The notes: generated by a model not told the origin, from the sequence alone. Shown: positions 8,171 through 18,470, counted from the stretch's first letter. The stretch: DNA of 64,000 bases from Ignavibacteriota bacterium (GCA_003820375.1 RPQH01000016.1:11-64010), one strand, 5' to 3'. Program-made: numbers and translations.

Positions 8171-10333
8171 TTACCGTTGTGGGTTGTTCGCTTGCAGGTA
8201 ATATTTATTCTGAATAGGGGAGTTCACAAACTTCTCTCCATTCCACCATCTTACATTGGTTTTTAATGAATCGGAGAGTTTTTGATAGTATTCTGACGTG
8301 TTGGATTTATTTGTAAGGTTGTCATTAATGCCAATAAAATGTGAGCTAAAAACTATTTCTTTTACATTCATATCCTTATCAAACTTATAAATAATGAAAA
8401 TATCTTCATCAGTAGTATTATATGTGCCTTCGGAAACAGTTACTTCTAAACCGTTTGTATCGAGCTGCTGAATTTCAATAACATCATTGTTCAGCTTTTT
8501 TAAATAATCTGTATTAATAATTGTTTTAGGAAATAGGATATAATATTTTTCCAGTCCCGGTTTTCCGTTTCTTAATGGGTCTGTCTGAGGACTTGCACCT
8601 TCAATGAAATCAGTATCAAAAATTACCATTGCAGCACATCTAAAGTGATTATTACAATATGCAGCAATGAATTCTTCCTTACCATCTTTCTCAATATCAG
8701 CAAATCTATTGACTACCAGTTGTCCGCTGTTCCAGTATTGAGATAATATTTTCCCTGTATGGTCAAGTTTAAATATTCCGAAAGGAAACGTTTTATTTAG
8801 TAAACCTGTAAGAATAATCTTTCTTGTATCATTGTTTAAAGATGGAGTTACAAAAATGCCATCAGTCTGAAAATTATCCTCATGTAAAGTATTATAATAA
8901 ACGGTTTGTCCTGGAATTGTATCTATCCATTTTACGTTACCATTGCCTTCAATACAATAAAGTAACCGGTTTTTTAAAGGGTCCGAAACAGTCCGGGTGA
9001 TATAAAGAATTTCATTCTTCCCATCACCATCTATATCTGTTATATTAACCTTTTTAGTGAAAATTTCTTTATTTGTGTAGAAGTTTTGAAAAGCAGGATC
9101 AACATTATCTGTTTCAAAAAGCTTAATATCATGCTTATTATAAAAACCTACCTTGTAATTTTCATATTTTGCATATTCAGGATTTTTATCAAGCTTTGGT
9201 ATTAGAAATGTTAATACAAAAAAGACCATTATAATAATTGAAACAAACAATAAAACTATGTTGATAAGATTACTGTGAATTTTCTGTAAATGTTTTATTT
9301 TCTCGGTTAATTTTAAATCGTATTTTTTAATACACTGCTCATTTTCCAAAACTTGTTCAAATTTCTTCACCGGGAATATTTCTAAACATCTGCCGGGATA
9401 TTTCTTATTTAGCTCAGAAAGCAAATTTTTCGCATCAGAATAATTATCTTCAGGGATAACAAAATTTTTAAACGGTGAATAAAATACAATTTCCAATTTT
9501 GCTTTAAGAACATTGTATGGCATCGGTACCATAAATCCCTTATCATTAAGCTCACCGGTGTAAACAGTGTTACATAAAAACTTATAATAATACTTGTTTG
9601 AAGTGTTAAATAATACCGCATTAAAGGCAAGTAAAGCTGTACCAATACCCAGAGATTTACCGAGATAACAGGCATCCATCTGACCTATGCTGTATATATA
9701 ATCGTAATTAGAATATTTTATTTTATCTTTCAGGCATTTCTGCTCTGCAATTTTAACTGAGTTTTCCAACTGTTCTTTTATTCCATTATCATCTACTCCG
9801 GTATCATTGGTTAGTATAAAGCTATTGTTTTTATTGCTGGTTCTTTTAATATCAATATTCAGAGGCAGAATTTCTCCTGCTGCTTGTTCATATTTTGATT
9901 TATTATCCGGTTCAATTAATACAATATTCAATTTATCTGGAAAAGCATATACTTTAGTTTCTTCTTTTATCTTGCCCTTCGTTTCACCAAGTATTAATAG
10001 AATTTCTTCTTTCTTCTTATTTAAAATTTCAGAAGCATCTTCAAATGCCTTTATGTCTAAAGAAACATCAGGTATTTGTGTGCAATAATCTAATATTTTC
10101 AGAAGGTCATTAATTCTTCCGGGTGCAATGTAATTGAATTCCTTTTTCTTTATTAAAAGAATAATGAAATGTGAAAATTCTAAATAATAGGAGTTGTATG
10201 GTGTTAGATTTTCGTGATGGAATAGCTCAGAAAGGAAAGCCGATATCTTTATAAGTTTAAGACCTGTACTGCAGGGTTTTTTTAACTCATTCTTGAGTTC
10301 GCTTGCTTTTATTTCTGTATCTAATATTGACAC
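8171..10333 (-). CDS. Membrane protein: N-terminal Lon-like (S16) protease-fold domain, one TM helix, FG-GAP/VCBS-like repeat ectodomain
   Basis: YLGKSLGIGTALLAFNAVL...VYTGELNDKGFMVPMPYNVLKAKLEIV...FVIPEDN aligns by eye to Lon DGPSAGIAM..AMTGEITLRG.VLPIGGLKEKLLAA...VLIP.EN, with the Ser and Lys positions retained. TM: LINIVLLFVSIIIMVFFVLTFLI. Also DIDGDGKNEIL and DIEKDGKEEFI. Confidence 0.6.
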   Translation of the reverse strand: MSILDTEIKASELKNELKKPCSTGLKLIKISAFLSELFHHENLTPYNSYYLEFSHFIILLIKKKEFNYIAPGRINDLLKILDYCTQIPDVSLDIKAFEDASEILNKKKEEILLILGETKGKIKEETKVYAFPDKLNIVLIEPDNKSKYEQAAGEILPLNIDIKRTSNKNNSFILTNDTGVDDNGIKEQLENSVKIAEQKCLKDKIKYSNYDYIYSIGQMDACYLGKSLGIGTALLAFNAVLFNTSNKYYYKFLCNTVYTGELNDKGFMVPMPYNVLKAKLEIVFYSPFKNFVIPEDNYSDAKNLLSELNKKYPGRCLEIFPVKKFEQVLENEQCIKKYDLKLTEKIKHLQKIHSNLINIVLLFVSIIIMVFFVLTFLIPKLDKNPEYAKYENYKVGFYNKHDIKLFETDNVDPAFQNFYTNKEIFTKKVNITDIDGDGKNEILYITRTVSDPLKNRLLYCIEGNGNVKWIDTIPGQTVYYNTLHEDNFQTDGIFVTPSLNNDTRKIILTGLLNKTFPFGIFKLDHTGKILSQYWNSGQLVVNRFADIEKDGKEEFIAAYCNNHFRCAAMVIFDTDFIEGASPQTDPLRNGKPGLEKYYILFPKTIINTDYLKKLNNDVIEIQQLDTNGLEVTVSEGTYNTTDEDIFIIYKFDKDMNVKEIVFSSHFIGINDNLTNKSNTSEYYQKLSDSLKTNVRWWNGEKFVNSPIQNKYYLQANNPQR

Positions 10334-10339
10334 ACTTTT

Positions 10340-11092
10340 TTATTGAAAGACTACAATAGTTATGTTCTTCCGTTGTTTATTTGAAATCCTGAACCTGTTA
10401 TTTGTAATTTTGCAATATTCATATTTTGAGTAATCCTCAGAATAAATAATATAAGCGGAAAAAAACCATTGTACTTTGTTTGGTACTAATTGAAACTCAA
10501 CATCGTCACCGGAAAATTTTATATTTAAAGCTAAATCATTATTTGTTAAACTTTGCCCGCTCAGTTCTTTAATAATAAATACAGCTTCGGGTAGTTTTAT
10601 AATTACATTTTGAGAACCAATAAACTTTTCTTTAATCTTAACTCTTCCGTTTTTATCTGCAATATATGATTTATTTATTCCGGGGATGTATGCTAATGAA
10701 TTTGCTGCGGGAGAATCTTCGTTGGTAATATAAAGTACATATTCACCACTGAATTTATTTTGCAGCAGTCTCGATACTGTCAGTTTTTCTGCCGATACGT
10801 AAGTTCTGACATGCTCATAATAATTTAATTTGTTCTCTTCATGCTGTGCTGCAAGCATGTACCTGTCATTTTCTATATCATCCTGGTGTAAAGTTTCTAA
10901 CTTAATTACCTTTTTACCGCATTTTTTTTCAAGTGTATTGAAAATATTATAAAACTCTTCTAATTCTATAACTTTGTTACGAATTTCTTCATCGGAACTT
11001 ATCATATCTTCTATTTCGCGTATTTTTTCAGCGGATAAAAGTGACCTGTTGAGAATATACAGGTCAAGTTCTATGTCTTTATACTCTTTCAA
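10340..11092 (-). CDS. Hypothetical cytoplasmic protein (250 aa); N-terminus faintly anti-sigma-like
   Basis: Good ORF, 6 nt from the downstream gene. The N-terminal helical segment LDLYILNRSLLSAEKIREIEDMISSDEEI resembles anti-sigma N-termini but lacks the Cys/His ligands and a TM helix. Confidence 0.4.
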   Translation of the reverse strand: MKEYKDIELDLYILNRSLLSAEKIREIEDMISSDEEIRNKVIELEEFYNIFNTLEKKCGKKVIKLETLHQDDIENDRYMLAAQHEENKLNYYEHVRTYVSAEKLTVSRLLQNKFSGEYVLYITNEDSPAANSLAYIPGINKSYIADKNGRVKIKEKFIGSQNVIIKLPEAVFIIKELSGQSLTNNDLALNIKFSGDDVEFQLVPNKVQWFFSAYIIYSEDYSKYEYCKITNNRFRISNKQRKNITIVVFQ

Positions 11093-11128
11093 AAATCTAC
11101 TATTTATTTATGTTATATGACACTATTT

Positions 11129-11839
11129 CTAATTAAGTTCTCTTTCGGGATAATTATATTTAATATTATCAGATAAACGTCTTTCGTATGCTTTTTTTAC
11201 AATTGAAAAAAGATAATCTTCCTTAATTGCTTTACAAAATTTACATTGATTGCTCAGAATAATGAAAATATTCTCTACGACTTCGGAAACAAAAAAGTGA
11301 TTATATTTTTTCATGAAGATTTCGAAAAGCAATTCTTCCGGCGGAAATTGTTCTGAATCAAAATCATTTTCATTGTTTTCAACTAATAATATGTAATTTT
11401 CGTTATGGTGTGAAATTTTCTGATACTTATCCTGATTTCTCTGCAGATAAATTCTGACAGCTTTTCGTGTTTTCCAGTACATATCGCCAAGATTTTCCCT
11501 CAAATTGGCTGTATACTGATTTGTCCTTTTTCGTATTATTTCCTTTAAATAAGCTTTTACTTCTTCATCGTGCTTTATTTTTTTCGTTTTACAGATTTTT
11601 TCAAAATAGGTATTAAAGTGGATAAAGTATCTGTCTTTTTCTTCAAACAAATCAGCAATGCAGTCTGATGCAAGTTCTTCAAAAGTACAACCAAGATTTT
11701 GTGTCAAGTATTTACTTGAGGAAATATTTTTCTGCATGCGTAAATGGGCAATAGACATATTACAGCAGATTTCGTAAAATCTGTTTACAAATGGGGAGTC
11801 CTTGCCGGATACCAAAATAGAATGTAATATTTCTAACAT
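11129..11839 (-). CDS. Hypothetical protein (236 aa), possibly a highly divergent sigma-70/ECF-like regulator
   Basis: ELASDCIADLFEE and AYLKEIIRKRTNQYTANLRE weakly resemble sigma regions 2.1/2.2. No clear region 4. Confidence 0.3.
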   Translation of the reverse strand: MLEILHSILVSGKDSPFVNRFYEICCNMSIAHLRMQKNISSSKYLTQNLGCTFEELASDCIADLFEEKDRYFIHFNTYFEKICKTKKIKHDEEVKAYLKEIIRKRTNQYTANLRENLGDMYWKTRKAVRIYLQRNQDKYQKISHHNENYILLVENNENDFDSEQFPPEELLFEIFMKKYNHFFVSEVVENIFIILSNQCKFCKAIKEDYLFSIVKKAYERRLSDNIKYNYPERELN

Positions 11840-11917
11840 TATGAATTTATGAAATTCATAAAAATGTAAGACTTAATTATTTTTGAAATTAATAAGCGTA
11901 AATATTATATTTATATA

Positions 11918-13255
11918 TTACGCAAGCAAATGTTTATCTATTATATTGGTATCAAAGTTTCCTTCGATAAACCTTTCATGATGCATAACTTTTTTGTGGA
12001 AGGGGATAGTAGTATAGATTCCTTCAATTACAAACTCATCAAGTGCACGGTACATTTTTGCTATTGCTTCAAGGCGTGTATCTGCTGTTACAATCAGCTT
12101 GGCAATTAATGAATCATAATATGGGGGTATAACATAGTTTGCATATACATGAGTATCTACCCTCACTCCCAATCCTCCCGGCATGTGGAATGTAGTTATC
12201 TTTCCGGGTGATGATTGGAAATTTTTGTCAGGATTTTCAGCGTTTATCCTGCATTCTATTGAGTGACCTTCAGTTCTTACTTTTTTAACTTTTATCTTTC
12301 TTCCTGCGGCAATTTTTATTTGTTCACGTATCAGGTCTATTCCTGTTACCTGTTCGGTAACCGGGTGCTCAACCTGTATTCTTGTGTTCATTTCCATGAA
12401 ATAAAAATTCTTATCCTTATCGACTATGAACTCAATTGTTCCTGCACCCTCGTAGTTAACCGATTTAGCTCCTTTAACTGCGGCTTCACCCATTGCATCT
12501 CTTACAAAACTGTCAATAAAAGGTGAAGGTGTTTCTTCGATAAGTTTTTGGTGTCTTCTCTGTACTGTACAGTCACGCTCACCAAGATGTATTACGTTGC
12601 CATAGCTGTCTCCGAGCACCTGTATCTCAATATGCCTTGGCTCTTCAATATATTTTTCCATATAGATTTCACCATTGGCAAATGCACTCTCAGCTTCCTG
12701 TGTAGCCATAATAAAATGTTTTTCCATATCATCTTCATTATGGACAATACGCATACCTTTTCCGCCGCCGCCCGCCGATGCTTTTATCATTACCGGATAT
12801 CCTATTTCAACTGCAACGGATAAAGCTTCATCTACTGTCCTGATAATTCCTTCGCTTCCCGGTACAACAGGTACAAAGGCTTTCTTCATTGTTTCTTTGG
12901 CTAATGCTTTGTTGCCCATTGCATTTATCATATCAGCAGAAGGTCCGATAAATTTTATTTTTGAGTCAGTGCAGATTTCAGCGAACTCTGCATTTTCAGC
13001 AAGAAAGCCGTAACCGGGATGAATTGCATCCGCATTAGTAATTTCAGCAACAGCAATTATTCTTGGAATATTCAAATAGCTTTCTTTAGATGAAGGAGGT
13101 CCGATGCATACAGCTTCATCTGCAAACTTAACATGTAGTGAATCTTTGTCGGCTTCGGAATAAACTGCAACAGTTTTAATTCCCATTTCCCGGCAGGTGC
13201 GGATTATTCTTAATGCAATTTCGCCCCTATTTGCGATAAGTATCTTATTGAACAC
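11918..13255 (-). CDS. accC: Acetyl-CoA carboxylase biotin carboxylase subunit
   Basis: [39 protein letters not shown] and [14 protein letters not shown] are full-length AccC hallmarks. Confidence 0.95.
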   Translation of the reverse strand: MFNKILIANRGEIALRIIRTCREMGIKTVAVYSEADKDSLHVKFADEAVCIGPPSSKESYLNIPRIIAVAEITNADAIHPGYGFLAENAEFAEICTDSKIKFIGPSADMINAMGNKALAKETMKKAFVPVVPGSEGIIRTVDEALSVAVEIGYPVMIKASAGGGGKGMRIVHNEDDMEKHFIMATQEAESAFANGEIYMEKYIEEPRHIEIQVLGDSYGNVIHLGERDCTVQRRHQKLIEETPSPFIDSFVRDAMGEAAVKGAKSVNYEGAGTIEFIVDKDKNFYFMEMNTRIQVEHPVTEQVTGIDLIREQIKIAAGRKIKVKKVRTEGHSIECRINAENPDKNFQSSPGKITTFHMPGGLGVRVDTHVYANYVIPPYYDSLIAKLIVTADTRLEAIAKMYRALDEFVIEGIYTTIPFHKKVMHHERFIEGNFDTNIIDKHLLA

Positions 13256-13279
13256 GGTCTTTTATTTTAATTGATAAAA

Positions 13280-13762
13280 TTAGCTCTGTTCTACGAGAAA
13301 TAGTACTTGATTATATTCTACCGGCTGGCCATTCTCAACCATTATTTTGGCAATCTTTCCGCTTACTTCTGATTCTATTTCATTCATGAGTTTCATAGCT
13401 TCAATAATACACAGCACAGTGCCTACAGTAACCTGAGAGCCGACATGCACATATGAGTCAGCATTTGGTGACGGAGCAGCATAAAATGTTCCAACTATAG
13501 GAGAACGTACTTCAACTAAATTGGAGTTAAGTTTAGGTTCGGTCTTTTCTTCCGGTTTAACAGCAGGAGCTTCAGCCGCCTGTACTATTGGTGCCGGAAC
13601 CGGGGCTTGGGAAAAATGTATTGTTTGTGGAATTTCGCCGGATACAGGCTTGTTTTTTACTAATTTTATTTTTGTGCCTTCTTCTTCTATTTCAAGCTCT
13701 GAAATTCCGCATGTATCCAGCATCTTAATTAACTTTTTGATGTAGTTTAAATCTGTTTTCAT
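13280..13762 (-). CDS. accB: Biotin carboxyl carrier protein of acetyl-CoA carboxylase
   Basis: Ala/Pro-rich linker and the biotinylation motif [12 protein letters not shown]. Confidence 0.9.
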   Translation of the reverse strand: MKTDLNYIKKLIKMLDTCGISELEIEEEGTKIKLVKNKPVSGEIPQTIHFSQAPVPAPIVQAAEAPAVKPEEKTEPKLNSNLVEVRSPIVGTFYAAPSPNADSYVHVGSQVTVGTVLCIIEAMKLMNEIESEVSGKIAKIMVENGQPVEYNQVLFLVEQS

Positions 13763-13771
13763 AATTTTTAT

Positions 13772-14335
13772 TTATTTTTTTACCCGTTCAAGGTAGTCAC
13801 CGGTTCTGGTGTCAACCTTTATAATATCGTTTTCATTTATGAACATTGGTGCATTTATAGTTGCACCTGTTTCAACTTTTACTTGTTTTGAACCGCCTGT
13901 GGCAGTATCGCCTTTAATGCCGGGAGGGGCTTCAATTACTTTGAGATTCACGTGGGGTGGAATTTCCACAGTTATTGGAGTCTCTCCATCAAAAGCTATC
14001 TGCACTGATTCGCCTTCCTTCATAAAACGGCTCTGGTCTCCTACAGATTCATCCATTATGGAAACCTGGTCATAAGTCTCTGTATTCATGAAAACAAATC
14101 CCGAACCATCATGGTATAAATACTGAAATACCTTTGTCTCAAGTCGTACAATGTCTATTTCTTCACCTGAACGGAAACGGTTCTCTATCATCTTACCGTT
14201 CTTAATGTTTTTCATTTTTACCTGGTAGAACGCACGCAGGTTTCCCGGCGTTCTATGTTCCGATTTAATAACTACATGCAGCTCGTTATTGTATTTGATT
14301 ACTAATCCGTTTCTTAAGTCAGATGTAGATCCCAT
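13772..14335 (-). CDS. efp: Translation elongation factor P
   Basis: Full-length EF-P pattern (DLRNGLVI..., ...GDTATGGSKQVKVETGATINAPMFI...). The loop reads TPGNLRAF instead of KPGKG.AF. Confidence 0.92.
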   Translation of the reverse strand: MGSTSDLRNGLVIKYNNELHVVIKSEHRTPGNLRAFYQVKMKNIKNGKMIENRFRSGEEIDIVRLETKVFQYLYHDGSGFVFMNTETYDQVSIMDESVGDQSRFMKEGESVQIAFDGETPITVEIPPHVNLKVIEAPPGIKGDTATGGSKQVKVETGATINAPMFINENDIIKVDTRTGDYLERVKK

Positions 14336-14823
14336 AAAATCCTGTTTTCTCCTTTTAAGCTTTTTTTAATAGAAATGGAAGGTTTTTGTATGAAAACCGT
14401 TAAAAAATAGATAAAAATTGTTAATTATCTTCAAATATAAGGTTCTCAAAATATAAATACAATGAAGTTTTAAAATCAGTCAATATTATTTCTCAAAGTT
14501 TGAAAATAAGACTCAAATTGCATGAGAAGACTATGTTTTTTCGGACTTTACTATTTATCTTCTATTTTATAATTCCGGGGGGAGAATAGGGATAAAAATT
14601 TTGAGACAAAGTAATTGAATTTAATTAATTAAGAACAAAATATATAAACTGTGTATAAACTCCACACTTTTTATTAAAATTACTCAAAAAAAAGTGGTAT
14701 TTCAAAATTTATCTTTATATATTTACGGATTATTTACGTGGGGATTAATACTTTCGTTTTTTGTGGAGAATGAGGACATTTTAACCGAAAAACCCCTTTT
14801 TTTAAATTAAATTGCAACATTTT

Positions 14824-14839
14824 TGGCATAAGTATTGAG
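14824..14839 (+). promoter_or_regulatory. Weak sigma-54-like -24/-12 element (TGGCAT-N5-TTGAG)
   Basis: TGGCATAAGTATTGAG lies 50 nt upstream of the ATG at 14890. The -12 GC is not conserved. Confidence 0.2.
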
Positions 14840-14889
14840 ATTATTATACTCATATTTGTGTTATTAAGTATAAAGCCATAAAATTCAAT

Positions 14890-15393
14890 ATGATAAAAAA
14901 CATTTTAATAAGTTATTTAAGTATTTCTGCTATAGTTGCAGTGATATTCTTAACTGGGTGCACAAAAGAGGTACCCAAAGAGCTGATGGATAATAAACAA
15001 CAGCCAATGAACAATCAACAAATGCCAAATGATTCTATTCATATGAATCTCCAGAAATCTGACCCGCACGGCTCCATGGGAACCACCGGCGCTGATACTT
15101 CAGATACTAAGGTTCTTGTCGATAAATTTATCAAAGAAGCAGACGATGCGGATGCTAAATATGTTAAAACAAAATCTGAAGCTGATAAAAACCTCTGCAT
15201 TGAAAAACAATTGGTAGCAGCGAACTTTCTGACATATGAAGCTGATTTACCTCCTAAACAGAAGTACAGACCTGCACTCAAGAGATATAATAGAGTGCTT
15301 GAGCTTGATCCTTCTAATAAGGATGCTTTAGCTAATAAAAAACAGATAGAAGATATTTATGAATCAATGGGCATGCCCGTACCTAAAGATTAA
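14890..15393 (+). CDS. Lipoprotein with a TPR-like C-terminal region, possibly a Ccm accessory protein
   Basis: Lipobox IFLTGC. The C-terminal helical repeat (ALKRYNRVLELDPSNKDALANKKQIEDIY) is TPR-like. It sits immediately upstream of the ccmD-like/ccmE/ccmF genes. Confidence 0.45.
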   Translation: MIKNILISYLSISAIVAVIFLTGCTKEVPKELMDNKQQPMNNQQMPNDSIHMNLQKSDPHGSMGTTGADTSDTKVLVDKFIKEADDADAKYVKTKSEADKNLCIEKQLVAANFLTYEADLPPKQKYRPALKRYNRVLELDPSNKDALANKKQIEDIYESMGMPVPKD

Positions 15394-15398
15394 CGTAT

Positions 15399-15539
15399 AT
15401 GAACAATTTTTTTGAAAACTTTTCTTCTTTTGTTGTACTGGCAGCGACGCTGGTAATATGGATGTTTCTGTTTTTCTATCTTGTTAAGATTGAAAAACGC
15501 ATTAGAAGAATTGAAAAAACCAGGCAGTTAAATAAATAA
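15399..15539 (+). CDS. CcmD-like small membrane protein (46 aa; below the ORF-track cutoff)
   Basis: ATG at 15399, 5 nt after the preceding stop. Encodes MNNFFENFSSFVVLAATLVIWMFLFFYLVKIEKRIRRIEKTRQLNK: one TM helix plus a basic tail, directly upstream of ccmE. Confidence 0.45.
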   Translation: MNNFFENFSSFVVLAATLVIWMFLFFYLVKIEKRIRRIEKTRQLNK

Positions 15540-15552
15540 ACATTATCACACT

Positions 15553-15945
15553 ATGAACAAAAGGTATATATTAGGCGGTTTAATAATTGTAGTTTTCCTT
15601 GTTGTCGGGTTCTTTGCTTTTAAAGACAGCAAAATTGAGTATGCAAATTTCCAGGGTGCAGCTCAAACCCATAAGACTTGCCAGGTCAAAGGCGTATGGG
15701 TTAAGGATAAAGAATCAAAGTTTGATGCATCAACAAACCAGTTTACCTTTGTAATGAAAGATGAGAACAACCAGGAAATGAAGGTTGTGCTCGAGGGTGC
15801 AAAACCTAATAACTTTGAAATGGCAGAGAACGTTGTTGCCAAGGGGAAAGTAACAAACGGCTACTTCCATGCTAAGGAAGTTCTGACAAAATGCCCTTCA
15901 AAGTATGAAGGTAAAGGCGAAGATGTTCAAAAATCCGGGTCATAA
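15553..15945 (+). CDS. ccmE: Cytochrome c maturation haem chaperone CcmE, Cys-type (CxxxY) variant
   Basis: N-terminal TM anchor and an OB-fold-like body. C-terminal KCPSKYEG replaces the usual HxxxY haem-binding motif. Confidence 0.85.
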   Translation: MNKRYILGGLIIVVFLVVGFFAFKDSKIEYANFQGAAQTHKTCQVKGVWVKDKESKFDASTNQFTFVMKDENNQEMKVVLEGAKPNNFEMAENVVAKGKVTNGYFHAKEVLTKCPSKYEGKGEDVQKSGS

Positions 15946-15969
15946 AATTTTATTATAACTAATTAACTA

Positions 15970-18327
15970 ATGGGATCAATATTAATCTTTATCGCATTTG
16001 CATCTGCACTGCTGGCTTCGGTGTCGTATTTCTCGGCACACTTCGGGAAGACCAATGCCGTCAGGTTCGGGAGATTTTTCTTCCACGTGGCTGCAATTGC
16101 TACAATATCATCTGCTGCGTTTTTATTATATTTAATAATTACGCATCAATTCCAGTATACTTATGTTTGGAATTACAGCTCGCGGGACCTTCCGTTTAAC
16201 CTGCTCCTGTCTACTTTTTATGCAGGACAGGAAGGAAGCTTTCACCTATGGGCATTCCTGATGGCATTGATAGGAATATTTTTAGTAACGTTTGTCTCGA
16301 AACGTGACGGGGCAAAAGACAGGTATGAACCCCAGGTAATGGCGGTGTTCACACTGCTTCAATCATTCCTCCTGTTCATTCTTATTGTTAAATCACCTTA
16401 CGAATTTGTATGGCAGTCATTCCCCGGAGATGTACAGGTAGGTTTTGTTCCGCCTGACGGAAGAGGATTAAATCCGCTGCTTCAGAATTTCTGGATGACA
16501 ATTCATCCGCCGATACTGTTCGCAGGATTTTCTGCACTTGCAGTTCCGTTCAGCTTTGCTGTTGCCGCTCTGATGAAAAACGATTACACCAGGTGGCTTA
16601 AGCTTGCAATGCCGTGGACACTGTTCGCAGGAATGGTGCTCGGGCTTGGGATTATGCTCGGCGGCTACTGGGCTTACGGTGTTTTGGGATGGGGCGGTTA
16701 CTGGGGCTGGGACCCGGTCGAAAACTCGTCTCTCGTTCCATGGATAATAATCGTCGCTGCTATTCATACTATGATTTCAGAGCAAACTACTGGCAGGTTT
16801 AAGAAAACGAACCTCCTGCTTTGCATGCTGGCATTCATTTTCGTGCTGTATTCTACCTTCTTAACAAGAAGCGGAATTCTCGGTGATGCGTCGGTACATT
16901 CCTTCGTTGACCCGGGACAGGAAGTTTATTTATTCCTCGTCGTGTTCCTTTCATTGTTCAGTATTGGCGGAATCGGATTAATAATTTTCAGAATGAAATC
17001 TCTTGCAGTGCCTAAGGAAGAAAAATCTACCGAGCTGCTGTCAAGAGAAACTGCATTATTTATAGGTACAATAACATTATGTGCGGCCGCACTGGTAATT
17101 GCAGTCGGTACAAGCTGGCCAATCATTTCAAAAGGCACTGTTGACCCTTCATTCTATAATAAAATGAACCTGCCGCTTGCTATTTTAATAGCTGCAATTA
17201 ACGGCTTCAGTATTTTACTGAAATGGAAAAACTCGGATGAGAAGCAATTCATAAAGAGCTTATATATGCCTGTCATCTTAACAGCCGCTGCAACTATAAC
17301 ACTTGTAATATTCGGGCTTGATGATGTGTTAATGGGTGTCTTTGCCGCAGCGTCATTATTTGCACTGTTCATTAATGCAGATAATATTTTCCGCATGGTC
17401 AAAACAAATTCTATGAAGGCAGGTCCGTATGTCGCTCACTTAGGCATTATGGTTTTATTCCTCGGTGTTATCGGTTCAGCACAATATTCGCAGGAAGAGA
17501 ATGTATCACTGCCGATAGGCGAACCGAAGGAAGTGTTGGGTTACAAGCTTACTTATTTAAAGGCAACCCCGTTTCCCGATGACCCGAACAAGTATCATTT
17601 TAATGTCGCAGTTGAAAAAGACGGAAAATCATACTGGCTCCAGCCGGTTATGTTCTACAGTGATTACAATCAGGGTGTAATGAAGAACCCTGACTATGCC
17701 GCCCTGCTTACAAAGGATATTTACATTTCACCAATGGGTCTTGAAGTCCCTGAAAAATACGCAAAGGATGACAAGATTAATATTAAGAAGGGTGAAACTG
17801 CCGATGTTAAAGGATTGAAGGTTAAGTTCATTGACTTTGACCGCTCCAAATTCAACAGGGACGATATGGCATCAGGCAAAGAAAATATTATTGCCGCTGA
17901 GCTTGAAGTCACAGACGGAACAATGAAGGAAACTATAATTGCCGAACAGCATATTCATGAAGGTGAATCTGAACCGGTTGAGGTTCAGTTAAGCGGTAAT
18001 ACAAGGTTCTCCTTCTTCTTCACGCAGATGAACCTGCAGGAAGAAGCACAGGTTGAGATAGCAGTGGTTGATAACCTTGCACCAAAAAAAGAGGAACCGG
18101 CAGAAACACTTGTTGCAACGGCAAGCATTAAGCCGTTCATCTCGTTTGTATGGGTGGGAACAGGCATTATGGTTCTCGGTTTCTTCTTCTCGATAGTGAA
18201 CAGGTACAGGAAACTCAGACAAGAAAATGAGACAATAAAACATATAAGTGGTAATGGGCATGAGTCTAAAGTGCACACTAACGGCGGAAACAAAAAGCCG
18301 CATAGTAAACACAAACAGCATGCTTAA
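15970..18327 (+). CDS. ccmF: Cytochrome c-type biogenesis protein CcmF (haem lyase)
   Basis: Polytopic membrane protein with the WWD motif WGGYWGWDPVENSSLVPW. C-terminal His/Lys-rich tail. Confidence 0.9.
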   Translation: MGSILIFIAFASALLASVSYFSAHFGKTNAVRFGRFFFHVAAIATISSAAFLLYLIITHQFQYTYVWNYSSRDLPFNLLLSTFYAGQEGSFHLWAFLMALIGIFLVTFVSKRDGAKDRYEPQVMAVFTLLQSFLLFILIVKSPYEFVWQSFPGDVQVGFVPPDGRGLNPLLQNFWMTIHPPILFAGFSALAVPFSFAVAALMKNDYTRWLKLAMPWTLFAGMVLGLGIMLGGYWAYGVLGWGGYWGWDPVENSSLVPWIIIVAAIHTMISEQTTGRFKKTNLLLCMLAFIFVLYSTFLTRSGILGDASVHSFVDPGQEVYLFLVVFLSLFSIGGIGLIIFRMKSLAVPKEEKSTELLSRETALFIGTITLCAAALVIAVGTSWPIISKGTVDPSFYNKMNLPLAILIAAINGFSILLKWKNSDEKQFIKSLYMPVILTAAATITLVIFGLDDVLMGVFAAASLFALFINADNIFRMVKTNSMKAGPYVAHLGIMVLFLGVIGSAQYSQEENVSLPIGEPKEVLGYKLTYLKATPFPDDPNKYHFNVAVEKDGKSYWLQPVMFYSDYNQGVMKNPDYAALLTKDIYISPMGLEVPEKYAKDDKINIKKGETADVKGLKVKFIDFDRSKFNRDDMASGKENIIAAELEVTDGTMKETIIAEQHIHEGESEPVEVQLSGNTRFSFFFTQMNLQEEAQVEIAVVDNLAPKKEEPAETLVATASIKPFISFVWVGTGIMVLGFFFSIVNRYRKLRQENETIKHISGNGHESKVHTNGGNKKPHSKHKQHA

Positions 18328-18356
18328 TTAAATTAAGGGTTAATTGAAATATGCTG

Positions 18357-18390
18357 AATCCGGGTTTGGAAACGAGCCCGGATTTTTTAT
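18357..18390 (+). terminator. Rho-independent terminator after ccmF
   Basis: Stem ATCCGGG (18358-18364) / CCCGGAT (18377-18383), followed by a T-run. Confidence 0.8.
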
Positions 18391-18400
18391 TGCTCATAGA

Positions 18401-18470
18401 GTTCTTTAAGTTCTTTAAGTTCTTTAAGTTCTTTAAGTTCTTTAAGTTCTTTAAGTTCTTTAAGTTCTTT
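18401..18470. repeat. Perfect 9-bp tandem repeat GTTCTTTAA x7, plus a partial unit
   Basis: Direct reading; head-to-tail with no spacers. Confidence 0.95.

Noticed and set aside
18401-18470. Possible CRISPR array (regular short repeats)
   Set aside because: The units are only 9 bp and directly abut each other with no spacers. The same holds for the 11-bp arrays at 78-165 and 19465-19530. No cas genes are present.
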